From a virus (lineage: Duplodnaviria; Caudoviricetes), in IMG/VR virus record IMGVR_UViG_3300037459_000125, positions 1-59,439 of that record: a stretch of DNA of 59,439 bases. One strand, written 5' to 3'. The notes under the pieces are model-generated. The model searched no databases and was not told where the DNA came from. It saw nothing but the letters and a program-made list of their open reading frames with translations. Below, piece after piece: positions 37,685 through 46,892 of this stretch. Position 1 is the first letter of the stretch, and each line of letters begins with the position of its first letter. The position numbers were made by a program, and so were the translations under genes.

Positions 37685-38447
37685 TCGGGGAAAACTACTC
37701 GGACTCCTTGGTCTACTCTGTCTCCTTTCCTCCCCCACCGGGGCTGGGATCATCTACAAGGAGAGTGCCGGTGGCGGAGGTGGTGGCGGAACGATCTTTA
37801 GCGAGAACTGTTCGAGCCTGTCTGAGTGGACGGCTGCTAGTAGCGGGTCGGCCAGTGTGGACGTGGTCGCAAACCAGTGCCTTGGCAACCTCGCAGCCAA
37901 CTTCGAGGATGCGGCCATACTCCAAGGCCCGCTCGACAGTACCAGTGAGTTCTGCTCAATGAAGGTCATCACGATTAACACGGCCGATTCCAACAAGGTC
38001 GGTTGTATATTCAGAGCACCTGCCACTCCAGGCGTTCATTACTCAGCATTCTTCAACAACGGCAACGGTTCGTATTTGATAGAAAACCAGACCGCCGGAC
38101 ACGACTTTGTGGACGGGGTACTCGGGGGCACGAACTGTGGCTGCTCTGCATATGTGGACATCGGCAACAACGACTACATAGGCATTACGTTGTCCGGCAC
38201 GGGTTCATCAACGACGGTGAACTGGTGGGACTTTGGTAGCTCTGCCCCGTCTGACCTCGAAGACCCCGGCACTTGGGGTGATGCCCACACGGTCACTTGT
38301 ACCTGTTCCACGAGCGAGATCGCAACCGTGGTCACAGCAGAAAACTTCACCCTGATTGACGTAGCCGGGGACTGTGGACCTGAGATGACGGGCCTTGCAG
38401 CTAGTGAAATCACCATCGACGACTTCGCCTGTGGGGACACACCTTGA
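37671..38447 (+). CDS. Signal-peptide-bearing lectin-like appendage protein
   Basis: MTLTDRGKLLGLLGLLCLLSSPTGA|G; 10 mature Cys. Confidence 0.75.
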   Translation: MTLTDRGKLLGLLGLLCLLSSPTGAGIIYKESAGGGGGGGTIFSENCSSLSEWTAASSGSASVDVVANQCLGNLAANFEDAAILQGPLDSTSEFCSMKVITINTADSNKVGCIFRAPATPGVHYSAFFNNGNGSYLIENQTAGHDFVDGVLGGTNCGCSAYVDIGNNDYIGITLSGTGSSTTVNWWDFGSSAPSDLEDPGTWGDAHTVTCTCSTSEIATVVTAENFTLIDVAGDCGPEMTGLAASEITIDDFACGDTP

Positions 38448-39562
38448 AGTGGATACTGCTCTTCCTACTTCTGTTTGCTTCGCCCGCCTGGGCCACCGGT
38501 AACGACACCGAGGAACTATGTGATAGCCCCGGAAGTGGAGTTACCTGTCACTGTAGTGAGCCACTGACCGTAAATGATGGATTTCAGGATAACGTATACA
38601 ATCCGTCTGGTTCTACCACAAAGCCGTGTATACCCGGTGGTAATCCACTTCAGCCCTCATCAGGTTCAACGCTTACTTTTGTTCTAGGGTCCGCTGTTAC
38701 ACCTAGTAGCGGCCTGGAGGAACTAACGGTTGGCGGGGATGGCTATGTAGCAAAAATCGCAAGTGGCAGTGCGTGGACGCTTCGACAAACCAAGGTGACG
38801 TTCACCAACAATACATGGTGCTATAGATACTATGCGCTCTACGATCCCCTATTTGAATGCAACGGAAACTGTAACTTCAAGTGGCCAAGACAGTCTGACA
38901 CCAACTTTTTAGCCACAAACGCCGGGATGCAATCATCGGTCGGAACGTCGGTTGACGCCGGTACTCATGTGAAGTTCAATTTGGGCCAAGATCATGTTCT
39001 GACGAATGAGCAGTGCCAGAACTCCCCTGATTCGGGTTGTAGCTCCCAAGCCAAACTTATTAGACGTGGTGATAGTGTTTCGTTTGAGGATATGCAGACT
39101 GGCTGGTCGAGAATGGAAATTTGCTACGACCACAATCTAACCGCGGCGCAGGTCACGGGATCAAGTGGCCTAAACGCTCTCTATGGATCATCCCTAACAC
39201 GGCCCGGCGACAACTACCTGTATATGCGTGTGAGAATCACGATGGTAACGGGGCCCAACATAGGCGACGTACAGAGTTACGGTCCCGGTCGCTTAAATCT
39301 TGTTCAAACCGTCATTGATACAGGCCGCGCCGATAGAGCCACGATCTTCTCCAGTGGTGTGGGAAGTCCGGGGTTTACCCACACTCGTTCTGTGGTTTGG
39401 CTTGGCTACATGATGACTACCGAAAAGTCCCCCGCTGACCCAGCCTACTGGATCGGGGGGGCCGCAGAGATCGAAGGCGGCACTCCGGTAGTCCCCTCCC
39501 CCACCGAATCCGAGGGTGTGAACTTCGGCTCCGGAGTCAACTTGACAATGGTCATGCCTTGA
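38444..39562 (+). CDS. Signal-peptide-bearing beta-sandwich protein (possible receptor-binding)
   Basis: MKWILLFLLLFASPAWA|T; 10 Cys. Confidence 0.78.
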   Translation: MKWILLFLLLFASPAWATGNDTEELCDSPGSGVTCHCSEPLTVNDGFQDNVYNPSGSTTKPCIPGGNPLQPSSGSTLTFVLGSAVTPSSGLEELTVGGDGYVAKIASGSAWTLRQTKVTFTNNTWCYRYYALYDPLFECNGNCNFKWPRQSDTNFLATNAGMQSSVGTSVDAGTHVKFNLGQDHVLTNEQCQNSPDSGCSSQAKLIRRGDSVSFEDMQTGWSRMEICYDHNLTAAQVTGSSGLNALYGSSLTRPGDNYLYMRVRITMVTGPNIGDVQSYGPGRLNLVQTVIDTGRADRATIFSSGVGSPGFTHTRSVVWLGYMMTTEKSPADPAYWIGGAAEIEGGTPVVPSPTESEGVNFGSGVNLTMVMP

Positions 39563-41343
39563 GGTGGTTGGTATTGGTACTGATCCTGTTTGCCTCTCCT
39601 GCTTGGGCGGGGGTGCGGTCTCATGCCAGTAATTGCCTGAGCAGTGTCTCCTGTACTGCTGGGATGGATACTGAGATGTGCTTCCAAGTAGACACCCAAG
39701 CCTTCTTTATTTGTGATGGGGCCACTACTACCTTTATTCAGATAGGCTCCGCCGGGGCCGGCGGAACCCATCCCATCGCAGCGGGTGACTACGCGGCTGA
39801 CTCGGTGGATGTGGATGCGATTTTGAAGGTGGGAAACGCCGCATCGAATCCCGACCTGGCCGGAGACGAGATGTGGTTCGGCCCCGGTGGCCTGATCTTC
39901 GAGGGTACCGTGGATGACTTTGAGGGCACCTTGGGGGTTGGAACCCTGTCATCCGACAAAATATGGATCCTCCCGGACCTTACCGGAACCCTTGCCCTGA
40001 TCGGTTCACCAATCTTCACAGGAGATCCCACCGGGCCAACGGCTTCCGGTGGAGACAGTGACTTCTCGCTTGCCACTACGGCGTTTCACCAAAGCGAGTT
40101 GCTCACCGAGGATGAGGTAGAGGCTTTCATATTCGACACGGATACCGAGAACGTCTCGGGTGTTTGGACATGGAACGACGATGTCCAAGCTAAATTTGGA
40201 ACTGATGCCGATGCAGGTATTTACTACCTTTCTGCTACGGATAAGATGATAATTTTCGGTCCGAATATGTTAATTGATGCGGAGCAACAAGGGAAGGTAA
40301 CAGTAGTGGGCGGGTTGTTAGCTTCCGCCAGCGACAACGAGTTCAGCCGCTTCGGAGACAGCCCGACACACATCACTGATCTTGACTTGCGGGATCGACT
40401 TGTAGCTACCTTGCCGCGAAACAGCCTAACCCTGTCGTCTAGGACTGGTCTATTCGTACACGAGGACACCGATGCCCTCAGCGGAACCATCGACAAGGCG
40501 GGGCAGGCACTCAATACTTTCGCGTTCACAACTGACCTTTCGACGGTGGACAACAGCGTGACGACCAATGCTGGCGGAGCGGTGGGAAACAAGTCCGCGT
40601 TTACTCACCGTGGAGAGGGCACATACCAACTAGGCGGCGGCGTCTCTGCCCAGGTTAAACTTGGGGGAGCTAATGAGGACGGCACCATCGTAGACGGTTA
40701 CGCCCTCCATGCCGTAGGCCCCGATGGTGGAACCAGTGGAACCGCTGGAGACGGTATCACCCGGGCTATGGGTCTATGGGTCCGGGATGGTGAGTCAGGG
40801 ACCAACATAGAGAACTACTACGGGATACGCATCGACGACATCACCGCCCTCTCCGATTCCGGGGTTGAGGTAGGGATCAGGCTCGACGGAGCGGACGACT
40901 ACGCACTGTGGTTCAACAACGATTCCGGGACTGCTAACGACGGGATCACCTTCGGAGCTGATGCGACGGTGAACCTCTACCGGAGCGCGGCGAACATCCT
41001 AAAAACCGACGACACCTTCATAACCGCTACAGACCTCCATTCTCTCGGTGGGTTCGTGGGGGACGTGGAGACCGTCACTGGAACTTCAGCAACCCTCGGG
41101 GCCGACGATCATATCATGCTTATCGATGACGACACCGCTGGTGGGGCTGTTACTATCACCCTTCCCGCATGCGCAAGCCACAACGGTCGGCAGTACCATG
41201 TCAAGAAACTAGGGACCACCGGGAACGTCACCATAGACGGCAACGCCAGCGAAACTATCGACGGGGGACTAACCGCTGTCCTAACAGCACAGTACGAGTC
41301 CGTTGGCCTCGTCTGCGACTCTAGCAACTGGAGTATCTTCTAA
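39559..41343 (+). CDS. Signal-peptide-bearing fibre protein
   Basis: MRWLVLVLILFASPAWA|G; SPIFTGDPTGPT..ATTAF fibre repeat; C-terminal TITLP..GRQYHVKK..ETIDG..YESV..W; 6 Cys. Confidence 0.82.
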   Translation: MRWLVLVLILFASPAWAGVRSHASNCLSSVSCTAGMDTEMCFQVDTQAFFICDGATTTFIQIGSAGAGGTHPIAAGDYAADSVDVDAILKVGNAASNPDLAGDEMWFGPGGLIFEGTVDDFEGTLGVGTLSSDKIWILPDLTGTLALIGSPIFTGDPTGPTASGGDSDFSLATTAFHQSELLTEDEVEAFIFDTDTENVSGVWTWNDDVQAKFGTDADAGIYYLSATDKMIIFGPNMLIDAEQQGKVTVVGGLLASASDNEFSRFGDSPTHITDLDLRDRLVATLPRNSLTLSSRTGLFVHEDTDALSGTIDKAGQALNTFAFTTDLSTVDNSVTTNAGGAVGNKSAFTHRGEGTYQLGGGVSAQVKLGGANEDGTIVDGYALHAVGPDGGTSGTAGDGITRAMGLWVRDGESGTNIENYYGIRIDDITALSDSGVEVGIRLDGADDYALWFNNDSGTANDGITFGADATVNLYRSAANILKTDDTFITATDLHSLGGFVGDVETVTGTSATLGADDHIMLIDDDTAGGAVTITLPACASHNGRQYHVKKLGTTGNVTIDGNASETIDGGLTAVLTAQYESVGLVCDSSNWSIF

Positions 41344-42803
41344 TGGCATATCAACCATTTACAGAATCAGATAAAACAGCCTTTGGAGAACTAAGTGTTG
41401 CTGAACTGACACCAGTAGTTCAGCTACATTTTCCATATAACGTCAATGATTTTCTTGTAGATGCGAGATTGAATAATGGAGCAGCCACAGTAGACAGTAA
41501 CCGTCTTAAGCTTTCTACGGGGGCTGCTGCAAATCAGTCGGCTCAATTACTCTCAAAAAGAGCAGTTACATATCAACCGGGTCAAGGGGGTTTGTGGAGA
41601 GGTACGGCGGTGTTTACAGCAGGTGCCGCTAACAGTACTCAATATATAGGGATTGGAAGTAGCAGTGATGGATACTTCTTCGGGTTTAACGGAACGGCCT
41701 TTGGTATTATGCGCCGACAGGGGGGTAGTCCAGAGGTAAGATTACTCACCGTAACAACAGGATCATCCACGGCTGAAGATATTACAATTACATTAGATGG
41801 GGATGCTGTTGCAACGGTTACGGTTACGAACACTGCAGACACCACACTCACAGCCAATGAAATAGCGGCACATGATTATTCAAACCTAGGACAAGGTTGG
41901 GCAGCTCATAGTATGGGAGCAACTGTAAGGTTTGAATCTTACAACGCAGCTTCTCAAACCGGTACTTATTCTTTGAGCAGCGCGACAACCGCTGTCGGAA
42001 CATTTGGACAAGACGTAGCGGGGGCAGCTCCCACTGAAACTGTCGTTGCTCAAACTTCGTGGAATGTAGACAAAGCTGCTGGGGCTGAAGACCTTCCGAG
42101 TTTAACCTTTACTAATGGAAATGTGTTTCAAATTCAGTATCAGTGGTTAGGGTATGGAGCAATCAATTTTTATATAGAACATCCTGGAGACGGTGGTTTT
42201 CATCTGGTTCACAGAATACAATACGCAAACTCCGCTACAGTCCCTTCGGTAGATAATCCGACACTTCCTCTATGCGCAGCCGTTAAAAACACCAGCAACA
42301 CTACAGATATTGTTATGTTTGTTGGTTCAATGGGTGGATTTATAGAGGGAAAGGAATCAGAGTTAGGTATAAGGCGTGGAGCATCTTCGGGTGAAGTCAC
42401 AGTAGGGACAACAGAACTTCCTCTACTTACTATTCATAATAGAATTATACACAACAGTGTTGTGAATCGTAAAAGGATTAGACTCGCCTTTGCGGTATTG
42501 TCTAACGACGGCACCAAGTCGGGGACGATAAAGTTCAAGACGAACGCCACTTTAACGGGAGCGGTGTTCTCTGATATAGATGCTTCTAACTCTGTCGTAA
42601 GAACAGATACTACTGCAACAGCCATAACTGCCTCAACAGGTGTTGAACAATTCGATGTCGCTCTGCCGAAGTCAGGACAGGTTGTTATTGATTTACATGA
42701 CCTGAAGATTGAGCTTGAGCCGGAAGATTTCCTTACAATATCTGGGCTTGGCTCAGCGGCTTCCGCAGCTTTTACAGTATCGGTAAATTGGGTGGAAATA
42801 TAG
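41343..42803 (+). CDS. Virion structural protein, no signal peptide, visibly AT-richer gene
   Basis: TAFGEL..F.Y, YQPGQG, DGYFFG, FQIQYQWLGYG; 1 Cys. Confidence 0.75.
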   Translation: MAYQPFTESDKTAFGELSVAELTPVVQLHFPYNVNDFLVDARLNNGAATVDSNRLKLSTGAAANQSAQLLSKRAVTYQPGQGGLWRGTAVFTAGAANSTQYIGIGSSSDGYFFGFNGTAFGIMRRQGGSPEVRLLTVTTGSSTAEDITITLDGDAVATVTVTNTADTTLTANEIAAHDYSNLGQGWAAHSMGATVRFESYNAASQTGTYSLSSATTAVGTFGQDVAGAAPTETVVAQTSWNVDKAAGAEDLPSLTFTNGNVFQIQYQWLGYGAINFYIEHPGDGGFHLVHRIQYANSATVPSVDNPTLPLCAAVKNTSNTTDIVMFVGSMGGFIEGKESELGIRRGASSGEVTVGTTELPLLTIHNRIIHNSVVNRKRIRLAFAVLSNDGTKSGTIKFKTNATLTGAVFSDIDASNSVVRTDTTATAITASTGVEQFDVALPKSGQVVIDLHDLKIELEPEDFLTISGLGSAASAAFTVSVNWVEI

Positions 42804-42838
42804 AGGGTTTGTGCTAACCTCCCCGCGGGGACCGTGAT

Positions 42839-43117
42839 ATGACCAAGTGGCAGAGAGGCGTAGGAGCTACCATAACGGCGGCGGCCCTGATCTTTGGGGG
42901 TAAGGCATGGGTGGGGCATCTGGCCCAAGCGGGAGAGGACCACAGGAGTCTAACTGAGGCCCAAAAGACCCAGAAGATGCTGGTGGGCCTGACCTCAGCC
43001 ATCAGCTCCAGGATTCAGTTGGAGGATGCGGCATCGGCTCGGGACGTGAAGCTCTGTGAGGAGGGATTGATTACCAACAAGACTGTTTGCAGGCAAGCTC
43101 GCCTGAGAATGCAATAG
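42839..43117 (+). CDS. Membrane-anchored lysis-cassette protein
   Basis: N-terminal TM, coiled coil, Cys pair. Confidence 0.55.
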   Translation: MTKWQRGVGATITAAALIFGGKAWVGHLAQAGEDHRSLTEAQKTQKMLVGLTSAISSRIQLEDAASARDVKLCEEGLITNKTVCRQARLRMQ

Positions 43118-43127
43118 GAGTACCAAG

Positions 43128-43292
43128 ATGGACAATCTAGACAAGTATGTGGAGATCGCCTTGTTGGTGATTGGTGTGTTTGCGGCTATCGCAACCATCA
43201 CCCCCAACGAGAGCGACAACAAGATCGCGCAGTTCCTCCTCAACATCATCAATAAGTTGGGCCTGAACATTGGCAACGCCAAGAACCAGTAG
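43128..43292 (+). CDS. Putative holin (54 aa, below ORF-track cutoff)
   Basis: AGGAG SD; MDNLDKYVEIALLVIGVFAAIATITPNESDNKIAQFLLNIINKLGLNIGNAKNQ. Confidence 0.65.
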   Translation: MDNLDKYVEIALLVIGVFAAIATITPNESDNKIAQFLLNIINKLGLNIGNAKNQ

Positions 43293-43294
43293 TC

Positions 43295-43552
43295 GTGGGT
43301 TGGGAGATCTACGCAGGCATCGGAGCCGCGGCAGCCGTAGTGGTCGGTGTGATCTACATCGCCATGCGAATGATCCGCAAAGAAGCCCGAGCCGTTGGAG
43401 GTGAACGTGAGGCCCGAGAGAAACTGGAAGAGTTCATCGAGCTGGATAAGAAGCGCCACGCGCTGGACGGCCTTCCTGTTCCTCTTGGTAAGCGTGAACA
43501 ATCTCGCCGGTTGCGCGTTCTTCTCGAAGCCCGTGAACGTGATCGGGATTGA
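43295..43552 (+). CDS. i-spanin (Rz-like)
   Basis: N-terminal TM then charged helix; overlapped by a lipoprotein gene. Confidence 0.7.
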   Translation: MGWEIYAGIGAAAAVVVGVIYIAMRMIRKEARAVGGEREAREKLEEFIELDKKRHALDGLPVPLGKREQSRRLRVLLEARERDRD

Positions 43553-43685
43553 GCGGTGCCCGGTGATGTCCAATGAGGCCATCCTGAACTGGGTAGAGAT
43601 CTACCCTCGGACCAACGTACACCTTCAGGCTTGGATGGGACAAACCATCCTACACTGTGAAAAGGTGGAGGCGATGCTTAAGTAA
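43407..43685 (+). CDS. o-spanin (Rz1-like lipoprotein)
   Basis: GGAGGT before GTG; lipobox LAG|C; +1 overlap with the i-spanin. Confidence 0.75.
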   Translation: MRPERNWKSSSSWIRSATRWTAFLFLLVSVNNLAGCAFFSKPVNVIGIERCPVMSNEAILNWVEIYPRTNVHLQAWMGQTILHCEKVEAMLK

Positions 43686-44560
43686 TGCCCGTCGTCCTGC
43701 CCACCTACGACTCGTCTAAGGTCTCCAATTTGAGCCTGAGCACCCTTCAAATAGGAGTTGATTTGGGTGGGACTTGGTTCGAGACTGGCGGGTCAAACAC
43801 AAACAATCTTAGAACCGCCGGGTTCTCGTTCGATTTCGATATTTCCAACAACACCGGTGGATTGGTTTTAGCCCCGCGGCTCCCATTCACCACCGCCACT
43901 ACTGATCCCGCTGGAACTGGTGAAACTGCGGGAACTTGGACCTTTACCATCATTACCTCTGGAGGAATAACAGACCCCTCATCCGTACAAACCATCAGTT
44001 TGTATGGTGTGGTTACCCCAACTCCCACCACATGGTCCGATAGTTTCCTCCCCAGTACCCAACTGACCACACTCGGGTCCACCTATCTGATCGAAACCAT
44101 CACAGGTTCTAGTTCCTCCTGGGTTTTCAATGGTGCGACATACGATTTGGTATTTAATTTCGACTTCCTCACCAATTACACTGAGACTGTGGGAGGGGCT
44201 ACTCTCACCAGCCCAATGGCAGTAACAGCCAACTCATCTAATTGGACAGGGGTCGTTCAGTTCATCATTACGGGGACTGAAAGTGCGTTGGTCCAGTTCT
44301 TAAGTGCTTCCTACGTCGGCAACATTCACAGTTGGCACACAGGACTAGCCAACCAGCCCCACGACCGACGGGCCCGAGTGGTTCACGACTACATCACTGG
44401 TCTGTCCTACCTCTCCGATGAGGCGGTCCCCGACGGATTCCGGCACGGCATCATGGTCCACCCAGACCAGTGGGACCCGGTGGACCCCTTGGAAGACAAT
44501 CCTTTCACACCTCCCCCGGGTGAGGGAGTGGTGGACGATGAGATTATAGATGTGGAGTAA
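43685..44560 (+). CDS. Virion protein, Thr-rich N-terminal domain plus small C-terminal domain
   Basis: No Cys, no signal peptide; precedes the adaptor. Confidence 0.65.
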   Translation: MPVVLPTYDSSKVSNLSLSTLQIGVDLGGTWFETGGSNTNNLRTAGFSFDFDISNNTGGLVLAPRLPFTTATTDPAGTGETAGTWTFTIITSGGITDPSSVQTISLYGVVTPTPTTWSDSFLPSTQLTTLGSTYLIETITGSSSSWVFNGATYDLVFNFDFLTNYTETVGGATLTSPMAVTANSSNWTGVVQFIITGTESALVQFLSASYVGNIHSWHTGLANQPHDRRARVVHDYITGLSYLSDEAVPDGFRHGIMVHPDQWDPVDPLEDNPFTPPPGEGVVDDEIIDVE

Positions 44561-44563
44561 CTG

Positions 44564-45256
44564 ATGGGAACAATGACACGCGGCGACTTCAAAACTGAGC
44601 TGGGGTTCCTCCTTCGTAACCGTACCGACTCGGACGCCACGAACGAAACTCGGATTGAGCAGTGGATCAACCAAGCGTACCACTATATGTGCCACCCTTC
44701 GGTTCACGATTTCTACCAGATGAATTCGTTCGATACCAGTACAACCTTGGTTACTGGGGACAATACATATAGTGTAGAAACATTAAACTCCAGAACTATG
44801 ATAGCAATAAATTCAATCTCCCACATTAAAGCCACTACATTCACAAACACAACTAACAGGACAGCCCTCAAACCCAGAAGTATCCACTGGTTTGAGCGCA
44901 GGACCCTGCAATCTGGACCTCCACTTTTCTTTGCTAGAAGCGGTGGCCAGATATTTATCTCAGGGGTTCCTCGTTCCCAGGAGAGCGGACAGCTTCTCAG
45001 GATACATTACACCCACTCTCCCGATAATTTGAACCCAGACACCGCCCAAACCGTTCTCCCCCGCTACTACGACCGAGTCCTCCTGAAGTTCGCACAGTCA
45101 TTCGCCGAGGGTGATCTAGGTGACCGGGCGAGGGCTCTCCTAACACTCAAAGAAGCATCAGGGCTGTTGAACAACACCCCTAACGATCCGGAACTCGACG
45201 CTGAACAAGTTGGCAGCCGAGTAGACCTTGTCCTCGAAAACCCGATGGGGCCATAA
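44564..45256 (+). CDS. Head-tail adaptor/tail tubular A-like protein
   Basis: MTRGDFKTEL..IEQWINQAY..LVTGDNTYS..GPP..LPRYYDRVL. Confidence 0.78.
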   Translation: MGTMTRGDFKTELGFLLRNRTDSDATNETRIEQWINQAYHYMCHPSVHDFYQMNSFDTSTTLVTGDNTYSVETLNSRTMIAINSISHIKATTFTNTTNRTALKPRSIHWFERRTLQSGPPLFFARSGGQIFISGVPRSQESGQLLRIHYTHSPDNLNPDTAQTVLPRYYDRVLLKFAQSFAEGDLGDRARALLTLKEASGLLNNTPNDPELDAEQVGSRVDLVLENPMGP

Positions 45257-45257
45257 A

Positions 45258-46883
45258 ATGAACCTTAAGAAGTATCTATTGACTCTGATCGGTGTCGGTT
45301 TACTCCTACCCTCTGGGGCGGGGGCGGAGGTCTGGGCAGCTTCAGGGTTCGAGGACAGCCCTGCTAACTCCGATGCGGCCTCCGGTGGTGCCGGGAAGAT
45401 CCGCGACACCCGTGGGGAGGTCCGTCAGCGGTTGGAGGTCGAGCATTTCTTCGGGGACACCGCGGCCTCCGAGGATGATGATAATGGGCTTCACCGGATT
45501 GGGGCGGCCAGATGCTACGTTCAAGACGCAGCACCCACAGGACTCTTCGATTCTCATTCCGGTATCGGTCTTATCACTGATCTGGCAGACCACAACACCT
45601 CAGGGTCCGGGGAAGGAACCCTCGCTAACACAGCCACCGGAGCTGCGGGGGCTGCTGTAGAGGACGATGTCGGGCATGCTAGGTGCTGGATTGATGAAGA
45701 TGGGGCGGATGGTAACACCAATGATGAGTGTACGGGGAGCGCAACCTCGGCAGGATCCGGTTCACCCACAGACTCCACCCCCGCTTGTTGTACTGCGGCA
45801 GACACCGGTACCTGTGATCTGGATGACAACAAGATGTATGTCTACCTCGGAGTGGCAGGGGATGGGGGCACCCCTCCGACGGGACTGGTGGCTGGTTGGC
45901 AAGAAGTCAAAACCCGACCGGATGGTACCGGTTCGGGAGTTCGGGTGAAAGCTGGGGCCCCCAACATTCTCAGCAACTCAGACTTCGACTTTAATGGTTG
46001 TACTGGGACCACCCGACCAACTGCTTGGTCTGAAACTGGGAGCCCAACCTTCACCTATGCGGGTGGGGGTACTACCCAGGGGGTAGGTTGTAATGTACTG
46101 GTCACAGATGTGGGCGGTGGGGACGACATCCGACAGACACTCACCAATGTAAAGGGAGGCACCACCACCTATCGAGTAACCGCTCAAGTCAGGGAAACAG
46201 CATCGGATGATATTTGTACCCTCTCCACCTCTGGGGCTGGGACAGAAGTGACCGGGATGGTGTCCTCTGGCACCGCTTGGGTGCAGCTTGATGGGTTCTT
46301 CATTACCAGTGCTGCGACAGATACGGTTACTATAATCCTGACCAACACAGCAGCCGGAGATATTTGCCACTGGGATCACATTGGAGTCTATCGACAGGAG
46401 ACGATAGAGGTTCCGCAGGCAGGGATTATTGCGGTCTATGATACCTACTTGACTTCCGACGGAGCTGATATTGAGGAGGCTGGCGTAGGCTACGCTGATG
46501 TCCCCAGCCTATCCATCACCATCGTTCCTCCAACGGAAGGATACGTCGTTAGTGTCCGTGCCAATATCTCAGTGGGCTGTGATGGCTCTTGTAATATCGG
46601 TAGTGGAGGCGGTAACAACGAGGGTGTCATCTGTCGGTTGGAGGTGGGGGGCAATGAAGTGGCAGGTACAGTCCGCTCCTTTGTGGCGATGGACTCTACT
46701 CTAGACCCGGGTGGTCAGATCATTATTGACTATATTAATGTTATTCCTATAGCGGGTACCTCACTCGTCTACACTGTCGGATGTAAAGAGGTGGGGGCGA
46801 ACGCGATGATCTTCAATCTAGAAACCGCTGATGGAGACGATACCGAGTCCTCTCTGTCTCTGATCGCCTTCCCCCCACACTAG
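45258..46883 (+). CDS. Signal-peptide-bearing tail fibre with CBM-like domain
   Basis: MNLKKYLLTLIGVGLLLPSGAGA|E; P..GA.KIR..R..VRQRL..EH anchor-like segment; NILSNSDF..W..IRQT; 14 Cys. Confidence 0.8.
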   Translation: MNLKKYLLTLIGVGLLLPSGAGAEVWAASGFEDSPANSDAASGGAGKIRDTRGEVRQRLEVEHFFGDTAASEDDDNGLHRIGAARCYVQDAAPTGLFDSHSGIGLITDLADHNTSGSGEGTLANTATGAAGAAVEDDVGHARCWIDEDGADGNTNDECTGSATSAGSGSPTDSTPACCTAADTGTCDLDDNKMYVYLGVAGDGGTPPTGLVAGWQEVKTRPDGTGSGVRVKAGAPNILSNSDFDFNGCTGTTRPTAWSETGSPTFTYAGGGTTQGVGCNVLVTDVGGGDDIRQTLTNVKGGTTTYRVTAQVRETASDDICTLSTSGAGTEVTGMVSSGTAWVQLDGFFITSAATDTVTIILTNTAAGDICHWDHIGVYRQETIEVPQAGIIAVYDTYLTSDGADIEEAGVGYADVPSLSITIVPPTEGYVVSVRANISVGCDGSCNIGSGGGNNEGVICRLEVGGNEVAGTVRSFVAMDSTLDPGGQIIIDYINVIPIAGTSLVYTVGCKEVGANAMIFNLETADGDDTESSLSLIAFPPH

Positions 46884-46892
46884 AGGAACCCT

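Noticed and set aside
31203-41343. Host secreted-protein island or chimeric contig
   Set aside because: The genes are tightly coupled in the late operon, carry phage fibre motifs and are interleaved with clear virion genes.
31203-46883. Diversity-generating retroelement or invertible fibre cassette
   Set aside because: No reverse transcriptase, recombinase or TR/VR repeat pair was seen.
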